Below are positions 52,943 through 58,689 of a stretch of DNA of 58,689 bases, piece by piece. The stretch is from an uncultured Candidatus Saccharibacteria bacterium (lineage in GTDB: Bacteria > Patescibacteriota > Minisyncoccia > UBA6257 > 1-14-0-10-44-23). Location of the stretch: positions 109,739 through 168,427 of the forward strand of contig CAYMXN010000001.1 of the NCBI GenBank assembly GCA_964394435.1. The letters are read 5' to 3'. How positions within the stretch are numbered: position 1 is the stretch's first letter; each line of letters begins with the position of its first letter. The position numbers were made by a program, and so were the translations under genes. The notes under the pieces were generated by a model. It was not told the origin of the DNA, ran no database searches, and was given only the letters and a program-made list of their open reading frames with translations.

Positions 52943-54947
52943 GGATGATGGTGAGGGGGACGATGAGTCGTGCCGGCGGATTTTCGTTTTCGTACGTATA
53001 TGTTGTCGCGTTTGTTTCTTCAAAGATATATCCTGGCGGTGCGGTGATGGTGAGTGTGAGGCTCGCATCTACTCCTGATTGTTTTTCGTAAACAAACGCG
53101 TATGGTTGTGGGCGATCGAGATTAAGAAGTACAGGGTTTTGATAATCGAGCGTGAATGTACTTGTTGTTCCTGCTGGAGTGTTGAGCCAGAGAGCGGCTA
53201 CGGTTTTTCCATATGCGTTTGAGATATCGAGTCCGAGAGATTTATCGAACGTAGTTGCTGATTCAATCGCTTGTATGTCCGTATCTTTTTTAAATCCTTG
53301 GTAGTCCCATTTCGGAATTGGTGGCCATTTGTCGCGCCCGGTCGTTTTAGTAATTTGAGTGTCTTTAGGTAAGAAGATTTGGAGATAGTTTTTATTGGTT
53401 GCGCGGTACCACGCCTCTTTTTGTGTTTTACCGGCATGCGTGCGGGTGATTACGAGGTGGTTTGTAATTTGTCCGGTTATATCAATTTGGCTCTCGAGCG
53501 AGGTGTGTTGTTTGATAAATGCATCGCTTTTGCCGCCAGCGATATTTGCGTTGGCGGTGGCGAGGTATTCATTAAGCGTTTCAGTAGTTAGTTGATATAC
53601 CTCACCATTTACTCCGAGTTGCCGGAGGTATGTTTCGATTGCGAGATCTTTTACGCTTATCATAATATCTTTAGACGCGATTCGTCCCTTGAGTGCGCTT
53701 ATAAGCGCTGATTTTTCAGTTGCGCTTAATTGTGCGACCCGATCGAGCAAGAGTGGGGTTGCGATTTTAATAATTCGCTTTGGTTCGCCCTTTGCTTTGT
53801 CTTTTCCCGCCTCAACCTCACTTTGTATCTCGGTGAGTACGTTGTCTGCGGTGAGTGTAAAGTTATATTCAGCTGGAAGGGTGATTGGTCCGGTTATCGA
53901 CAAGATGTCTTTGATCACATTTACATTGATTGCGATCGCTCCGACGAATTCAGTTTCGCGTTCTTGGTATATTTTTGATTGATTGAGTAGTTCGGTTATC
54001 TTTCGTGCCGAGGTCGGGAAGTCAAAAAACCAGTTCGCGTCACGCGCACCCCAGCGCTTAGTGATGAGTTGGAGTTGTTCCGGGGGGACAATTTTTACAT
54101 CTAGCTGTCCGTCTGGATCGTAAATGTCTCGTACGTCGATTGTATTTACGTTAGCTTTTTGAATGCCTATGTCGATATAGCTCCCCGTAAATCCGCCGCC
54201 GGGACGGATTTCTGAAGGATTCTGAAGCAAGATCGCGAGGTGTTGCTCTTTTGGATTACTAAGCCAGGCGATGAGGCTTGAGAGGAGTTGTTCGGTTTGA
54301 TAGAGCTTTACTTGTGCTGAAACGGGGTCGGCGCCTAGGGATTCCTTTGCTGTTTCATTTTCGCTCGTGAGAGCTGTTATCGCTTCCGGGAGTGTGTTGA
54401 TGTTGTTCCTGATTGAGGTAAGGGCTCGAATAATCTCCTCTCCTTTGTTATTCATAGCGAGAGAAAACGCGTTGTCTTGGAGATAGGCGATCTCTCGGGC
54501 TATGCCGATACTGGCGACTGAAACATTTTTAATACTGCTTAGGGTTTGCGGAATTTTTTTAAACTCATCAGCGACAAAGCCCCAAACTTTTGCGATGCTT
54601 AATAATCCGAAGCGATTAGCTTCGTGTTCGATGTTGTTTATTTTTGAGTTCGCTGCTTCGAATGAAGCTTGTGCTTGATGCGGGTTGAGTTCGGTTAGTG
54701 CTTGTTTACCGCTTAAAAAGTCAGTTGTAACATCGGTCGCTGTTTGCTTGGCGAGTTCGCGTACGCCGATAGCGCGAATTCCATAAAAGACGATTAGGAG
54801 CAGGAGTGCGAGTGCGAGATATCGTTTAAGCGAGCGTTTTGTTTTTTTAGGTCCCTGGCGCTCTTTTGGTGACTCAAATTTAGGCAGCTGCGCCGGGCGC
54901 TTTGCTGTTATGTCGGACATTGTCTTTGGTTTTCGGGTAATTGGCAT
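52929..54947 (-). CDS. Large membrane-anchored extracytoplasmic protein (DUF4012-like)
   Basis: Basic N-terminus, one TM helix and a large soluble domain containing RPGGGFTGSY. It overlaps the upstream glycosyltransferase stop. An alternative start is at 54920. The family call is tentative. Confidence 0.55.
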   Translation of the reverse strand: MPITRKPKTMSDITAKRPAQLPKFESPKERQGPKKTKRSLKRYLALALLLLIVFYGIRAIGVRELAKQTATDVTTDFLSGKQALTELNPHQAQASFEAANSKINNIEHEANRFGLLSIAKVWGFVADEFKKIPQTLSSIKNVSVASIGIAREIAYLQDNAFSLAMNNKGEEIIRALTSIRNNINTLPEAITALTSENETAKESLGADPVSAQVKLYQTEQLLSSLIAWLSNPKEQHLAILLQNPSEIRPGGGFTGSYIDIGIQKANVNTIDVRDIYDPDGQLDVKIVPPEQLQLITKRWGARDANWFFDFPTSARKITELLNQSKIYQERETEFVGAIAINVNVIKDILSITGPITLPAEYNFTLTADNVLTEIQSEVEAGKDKAKGEPKRIIKIATPLLLDRVAQLSATEKSALISALKGRIASKDIMISVKDLAIETYLRQLGVNGEVYQLTTETLNEYLATANANIAGGKSDAFIKQHTSLESQIDITGQITNHLVITRTHAGKTQKEAWYRATNKNYLQIFLPKDTQITKTTGRDKWPPIPKWDYQGFKKDTDIQAIESATTFDKSLGLDISNAYGKTVAALWLNTPAGTTSTFTLDYQNPVLLNLDRPQPYAFVYEKQSGVDASLTLTITAPPGYIFEETNATTYTYENENPPARLIVPLTIIPIPL

Positions 54948-56082
54948 GCGTATCGGTAATGATAGTGCGTATTTGATTTGCTGCAGTTGTCCAATTAAAT
55001 CGTTTGCTATTGATCAGTCCTTTCTCGATATACGTATTTCGTACTGTGTTATTTGTGTCGAGCGATATGATCGTTTGAGCGAGCTTTGAAACGTTCCATG
55101 GGTCAGCAGGAATTCCACTTTCGCCAATTATTTCGGGAAGTGCGGCGCGGTCGCCGTAGATAACAGGAACGCCACACGCTTGTGCTTCGATTGGTGGAAA
55201 TCCGAATCCTTCAAAAAATGACGGGTAGATAAAGACCCTTGCTCCATTATAGACGAAAATGCGCTCCTGGTCAGTTATATTGGTCAGGAAGACGATGTCG
55301 GTTTTACTGTTAGTTGCCTGCGCTTGTTTAACGAGTTGATTTGCTTGCCAGCCGGGCTTGCCTACTAGGACGAGTTTGTAGTCTTTAAAATCCCGCTCTT
55401 TTTTAATTAGCGTAAACGCTTTAATGAGTGCTTCGATGTTTTTGCGCGGTTCAAATGCTCCTAGGTAGAGCAGGTATGGCGAGGTGAGTTCGTATTTTTT
55501 TCTAAACGTCAGTAATTCCTGATTATCGTCGGCCAGCTTGTGCAGGCTCGCATCGATTCCGGAGTATACGACTGATATTTTTTCTGGAGCTACGCCGAGT
55601 GTTTGTATGAGATCGTTTTTGGTGAATCGCGAAACGGTAATAATGTGTTTGGCGCGATTAATTTGTTCTCGATAGTTTTGGAGCCAATGCCAAATCATTT
55701 GGCGATTTGAGAAAAAGTCTGGACGGTGAATAAACGAGATGTCGTGAATCGTCAGTATGCGCGGTGTGTGTTCGGTGGTGAGAATATTAAAGTGTGGGCT
55801 GAAGATGATGTCCGCGGGAGTTTTACGCTCAATCATCGGTAAACCGATGGTGCGCATTGAGAGATCGAGGAGTTTATTGGGTACGTTTATTTGGCGAACG
55901 GCAACATTTGGATAGGCGAGCCAGTGGCTTGGAAGTTCGCGTTTGCGGAGTCCGCTGTAGTATAATACGAACTCATTTTGAGGTGAGTGCTTCAGGAGTT
56001 GTTCGTACAGATTGTAGGTATAGCCGGAGATGCCCGAGGTGGTTCCGTGGCCCAGTACGCGTGCGTCTAAGATGATTTTCAT
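54880..56082 (-). CDS. Glycosyltransferase family 1/4 (GT-B)
   Basis: E-x7-E region EGFGFPPIEAQACGVPVI and the N-terminus MKIILDARVLG. Confidence 0.85.
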   Translation of the reverse strand: MKIILDARVLGHGTTSGISGYTYNLYEQLLKHSPQNEFVLYYSGLRKRELPSHWLAYPNVAVRQINVPNKLLDLSMRTIGLPMIERKTPADIIFSPHFNILTTEHTPRILTIHDISFIHRPDFFSNRQMIWHWLQNYREQINRAKHIITVSRFTKNDLIQTLGVAPEKISVVYSGIDASLHKLADDNQELLTFRKKYELTSPYLLYLGAFEPRKNIEALIKAFTLIKKERDFKDYKLVLVGKPGWQANQLVKQAQATNSKTDIVFLTNITDQERIFVYNGARVFIYPSFFEGFGFPPIEAQACGVPVIYGDRAALPEIIGESGIPADPWNVSKLAQTIISLDTNNTVRNTYIEKGLINSKRFNWTTAANQIRTIITDTHANYPKTKDNVRHNSKAPGAAA

Positions 56083-56122
56083 CGGTAAAACCATCCTAGC
56101 ATCGCCCTATGAGAACGGCTAC

Positions 56123-56151
56123 TTGCCAATTAAGAATAAAGCGTGTATACT
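56123..56151 (+). promoter_or_regulatory. Putative rplS promoter TTGCCA-17-TATACT
   Basis: Hand-counted spacer. It gives a ~21-nt SD-less leader. Confidence 0.5.
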
Positions 56152-56172
56152 TTGTTTCATTGTTTTACGTAT

Positions 56173-56553
56173 ATGATAAATTCATCAATTGTTTCAAAGA
56201 TTAAAGCAGGAGCGACCGTTCGTGTATTTGAGCGCGTCAAGGAAGGTGATAAGGAGCGCTTGAGCCGTTTCGAGGGTCTTGTTCTTGCTCGTAAGCATGG
56301 TAACGAGGTTGGTGCGAGCTTTACTGTTCGTGCGACTATCGCTGGCGTGCCTGTTGAGAAGCTTTTCCCGATTCACTCGCCAATTATCGATAAAGTTGAG
56401 ATCTTGAGCTCACCAAAGAAAGTTGGTCGCTCAAAGATTTACTATGTTCGTGATATCTCCCGTCGTGCGATTCGTCAGAAGACGATGATCACCAACGATA
56501 TCGCTAAGGACGAGGTAAAGTCTGTCGAAAAGAAAGCTGAAGAAAAGAAGTAA
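56173..56553 (+). CDS. rplS: 50S ribosomal protein L19
   Basis: L19 core RVFERVKEGDKERLSRFEGLVLARKHG...SFTVR...GVPVEKLFPIHSP. Confidence 0.93.
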   Translation: MINSSIVSKIKAGATVRVFERVKEGDKERLSRFEGLVLARKHGNEVGASFTVRATIAGVPVEKLFPIHSPIIDKVEILSSPKKVGRSKIYYVRDISRRAIRQKTMITNDIAKDEVKSVEKKAEEKK

Positions 56554-56560
56554 TCAACTA

Positions 56561-56585
56561 GCCCCGCCTTCGGCGGGGTTTTTAG
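56561..56585 (+). terminator. Intrinsic terminator after rplS
   Basis: ccccgcc-ttcg-ggcgggg-ttttt. Confidence 0.8.
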
Positions 56586-56647
56586 TTGAATAAAAAACAA
56601 TAAATAAAAATGGGGCGCTACACGAACTTCGTGTGCGCCCCGGAACT

Positions 56648-57031
56648 TCACGGGCTGCGGACGGTCGCTCCCTTGAACGGCCAGCCAGCGTAGACGTAGA
56701 CCTCGACCCGCTTGCCGGCGGGGTTGGTCGCGTGCGCGGTGAACCGCGCGACGTCGTCCTTGCTGCCACCGCGCCAGCCGATCGCGAGCCAGTCGTGGCT
56801 CTCGATCGTGATGTTGCTGAAGCCCTGCGTCTCCAGCGCCTTGATCGCCGTGTCTTCGCTGACGAAGAGGCCTCGTCCGAACTGGTACGTTGCGACGAGA
56901 AGTACGAAGATCACGACACCGACAATCACGAGGAGGTTGCCGGCGAATCTGCTCAGGCGACCGCCTGCATTTCCTCGACGTTTCTGTAGGATGATGCGAT
57001 CATCGCGAAATTCCTTCCAGCTGTCACCCAT
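56648..57031 (-). CDS. Membrane-anchored hypothetical protein (GC-rich cassette)
   Basis: ATG 57031 is preceded by AAAGGA. It has a TM helix (LLVIVGVVIFVLLVATY), a perfect consensus promoter upstream and a terminator downstream. Confidence 0.5.
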   Translation of the reverse strand: MGDSWKEFRDDRIILQKRRGNAGGRLSRFAGNLLVIVGVVIFVLLVATYQFGRGLFVSEDTAIKALETQGFSNITIESHDWLAIGWRGGSKDDVARFTAHATNPAGKRVEVYVYAGWPFKGATVRSP

Positions 57032-57071
57032 GGCAGTATCCTTTCGAAAATGGAATTGTTGCCTATCTGGC

Positions 57072-57100
57072 ATTATAGCACATAATTCTATATGTGTCAA
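57072..57100 (-). promoter_or_regulatory. Consensus promoter TTGACA-17-TATAAT (minus strand)
   Basis: The reverse complement of tgtcaa (57095-57100) and attata (57072-57077), with a hand-counted 17-nt spacer. Confidence 0.65.
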
Positions 57101-57178
57101 TAGATGCGTTTAGGTTTTCGCATAGATAAATTAGAGAGTCTATACAAATTGTAAAAAGTGAATATAATCTTACAGTAA

Positions 57179-57260
57179 GCCCAGGTGGCGAAATTGGCAG
57201 ACGCACTACCTTGAGGTGGTAGCGCCGAAAGGCATGCAGGTTCAAGTCCTGTCCTGGGCA
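57179..57260 (+). tRNA. tRNA-Leu(GAG)
   Basis: Hand fold: acceptor GCCCAGG/CCTGGGC, anticodon arm CTACC-TTGAGGT-GGTAG, a long variable arm, and T-arm GCAGG-TTCAAGT-CCTGT. Confidence 0.85.
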
Positions 57261-57265
57261 CAGAT

Positions 57266-57375
57266 TGACTCATCTTTCTACTCGCACGCTTTGTCGCTGC
57301 GACCTTGTAGTACGCTCTCGCTAAAGTACAACTTCGGTCTTGCTTCGCGCGTGCGAGCAGAAACCTAGAGTCACT
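57266..57375. repeat. Imperfect palindromic repeat element E6 directly behind tRNA-Leu(GAG)
   Basis: Arms ctcgcacgc (57281-57289)/gcgtgcgag (57349-57357) and gactc/gagtc. The centre gtagtacgctctcgctaaagtacaacttcggtcttgc aligns with the E1 centre gtcatacgcttcgcttagagtatgacttcgaccttgc. A T-run follows at about 57383-57392. Confidence 0.7.
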
Positions 57376-57438
57376 TAGTGTCTTTATTTTTTGTGTTCCA
57401 CTAACGATAGTTTACTACTGGTTAATTTGTATATTTTA

Positions 57439-57467
57439 TTGACAAGCTTTACTTTTTGGTTTATTTT
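57439..57467 (+). promoter_or_regulatory. Putative promoter TTGACA-17-TATTTT
   Basis: Hand-counted spacer, upstream of the 57496 cassette. Confidence 0.5.
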
Positions 57468-57495
57468 GATTTTGTCCAAATTCGGGAGGTTTCCA

Positions 57496-57897
57496 ATGCG
57501 TAATGGTAAGGCGGTTGTGTTGCTGCTCGAGGATGGGGAGTTTGAAGGGGGGTTGGTCCAGGATTGCCTGGCGCAATTTCCTATCGAGCTTCTTTGGGCG
57601 AAGACGATTTATGAGGGCGGTAAGCTCTTTGACACGAATCGGGACGTCATCGACCTTGTCGCGCTTGATGGTGTCATCCATGAAGCGGGGTTTGATCGTC
57701 CGCGAAATGGCATCGCCCTTGCGCTGCACATCTTTCAGGTACAGCGCTGGAGTGGTCTTGGCATCGCTACCTCGTGCGTGGCTGATAAGCGCAGCGAGAT
57801 GATGGAGTATGGGTGTCAGCATGCGTGTGCAGACAAGCGCGATCTTGGAGGGATGATCGTTCAGCTGCTACATGATGCGGGAAAGTTGTCTGCTTGA
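57496..57897 (+). CDS. Stand-alone receiver-like (CheY-fold?) protein with a degenerate acidic pocket (GC-richer cassette)
   Basis: GGGAGG lies 7 nt upstream of the ATG. The pattern VVLLLEDGE...DLVALDG...IATS...K loosely follows the response-regulator receiver layout. This is a weak call. Confidence 0.4.
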   Translation: MRNGKAVVLLLEDGEFEGGLVQDCLAQFPIELLWAKTIYEGGKLFDTNRDVIDLVALDGVIHEAGFDRPRNGIALALHIFQVQRWSGLGIATSCVADKRSEMMEYGCQHACADKRDLGGMIVQLLHDAGKLSA

Positions 57898-57910
57898 GTT
57901 TCGGGTTTGT

Positions 57911-57947
57911 GCCGCCATTTTCACTTGCGTGAGGTGGCGGTCTTTTA
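57911..57947 (+). terminator. Intrinsic terminator
   Basis: gccgcca...tggcgg with a nested tcac/gtga hairpin, followed by tcttttattt. Confidence 0.6.
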
Positions 57948-57971
57948 TTTATGATTTGCTATGATTGGGAT

Positions 57972-58511
57972 ATGCAGGAACATTTTGTGCACGCACTTGT
58001 ACTTTCAAAAAAGCCGTATGGCGAGTTTAACGCTCGCGTTGTTTTATACACGAAGGAGCTTGGTAAGATTTCGGCGCGTGTACAGAGTGTCTACAAATTG
58101 ACGTCAAAGTTGGCCGCACATAGCGAGCCAGGAATGGTTATTGAGGCGCGGCTGGTTGAGACGAAAGGATTTCAGCTCGTTGATGCGCTGATGACGCGTC
58201 CTCTTATACTTCCTAGTATGTCTACTCTTGAAGCGAAGCGTCAGCTGGAGATATTACATTTGATCGAAGCTGTTTCATTTGAGGGGCACCCCGATACACA
58301 TCTTTGGGATTTAGTTGAGGCTCCGGGCTTAACCGGGCTCCAGGTTTTAAAGACGCTCGGGTTTGATCCTGAACACGCGAAGTGTTTTTACTGTGGAGCT
58401 GATAAGCCGGTTCATTTTATTCTGGCGGAGTCCCATTATGCGTGTGAAAACTGTTATCGTCGCATTGCTCGTTCAAGTAAGCGTTTTCAGCTTGTCGGGA
58501 GTACGGGCTAA
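57972..58511 (+). CDS. recO: DNA repair protein RecO (short form)
   Basis: N-terminal OB-fold-like ALVLSKKPYGEFNARVVLYTKELGKISA and a C-terminal Zn motif CFYCG...CENC. Confidence 0.7.
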   Translation: MQEHFVHALVLSKKPYGEFNARVVLYTKELGKISARVQSVYKLTSKLAAHSEPGMVIEARLVETKGFQLVDALMTRPLILPSMSTLEAKRQLEILHLIEAVSFEGHPDTHLWDLVEAPGLTGLQVLKTLGFDPEHAKCFYCGADKPVHFILAESHYACENCYRRIARSSKRFQLVGSTG

Positions 58512-58553
58512 TTGCCCGTTGGCATATAAGGAGATAAAATAGAGAGAGCTGTA

Positions 58554-58689
58554 TGACGAAAAAAATTATTTGGCTGTTTGTTATTTTGTTTGTTCTCGCC
58601 GGAGCCTTTATTGGCTATTTATATTTTCAAACACGTACGGCGCAAGGGTTGGTATTTTCACTTGATGCTCCTGTTGAGAGCGTTCAGAT
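58554..58689 (+). CDS. Partial ORF (window end): N-terminal signal-anchor protein
   Basis: My translation is MTKKIIWLFVILFVLAGAFIGYLYFQTRTAQGLVFSLDAPVESVQ, and the frame is open to the window edge. Confidence 0.3.

Overview
This is a 58.7-kb chromosomal window from a small-genome bacterium with roughly mid-40s %GC (estimated by eye). Gene content and style look CPR/Patescibacteria-like, possibly Saccharibacteria; this is inference only, since there is no rRNA in the window. The housekeeping backbone comprises a complete but minimal F1Fo ATP synthase operon (atpB-E-F-H-A-G-D-C), rpsB plus a very short tsf, rpmG, rplS, topA, dprA, parB, glyA, folD, recO, an RluA-type pseudouridine synthase, a peroxiredoxin, a malic enzyme and a PLD/cardiolipin-synthase-like enzyme. 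It also includes envelope glycosyltransferases, a prepilin-like gene, an AbrB + MacAB-like (HlyD/FtsX/ABC) exporter operon and a PP2C phosphatase. I folded 12 tRNA genes by hand. Five unusual layers stand out. (1) A family of ~75-120-nt imperfect palindromic repeat elements has at least 7 copies. Two copies sit behind tRNA genes and are bracketed by exact 16-23-nt duplications of that tRNA's 3' end, and one sits in front of tRNA-Ala next to degenerate copies of its 5' end. (2) Nine visibly GC-richer single-gene cassettes mostly encode lipoproteins or membrane-anchored or secreted proteins. Each carries a clear Shine-Dalgarno motif and most have a TTGACA-type promoter, whereas almost all lower-GC backbone genes checked lack an SD and several look leaderless. 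(3) Start codons sit 1-4 nt after tRNA 3' ends, and all 12 tRNA trailers begin with C (10 of 12 with CA). (4) Three GC-rich structured non-coding stretches with their own promoters and terminators (775-1146, 13996-14197, about 14243-14627) could not be assigned to a known RNA class by eye. (5) There are two unrelated giant ORFs: a Cys-module/mucin-like secreted protein and a charged helical protein with three tandem modules. A VirD4/HerA-like ATPase operon lies beside the secreted-protein cassettes. No CRISPR array, transposase, integrase, reverse transcriptase or rRNA was seen.
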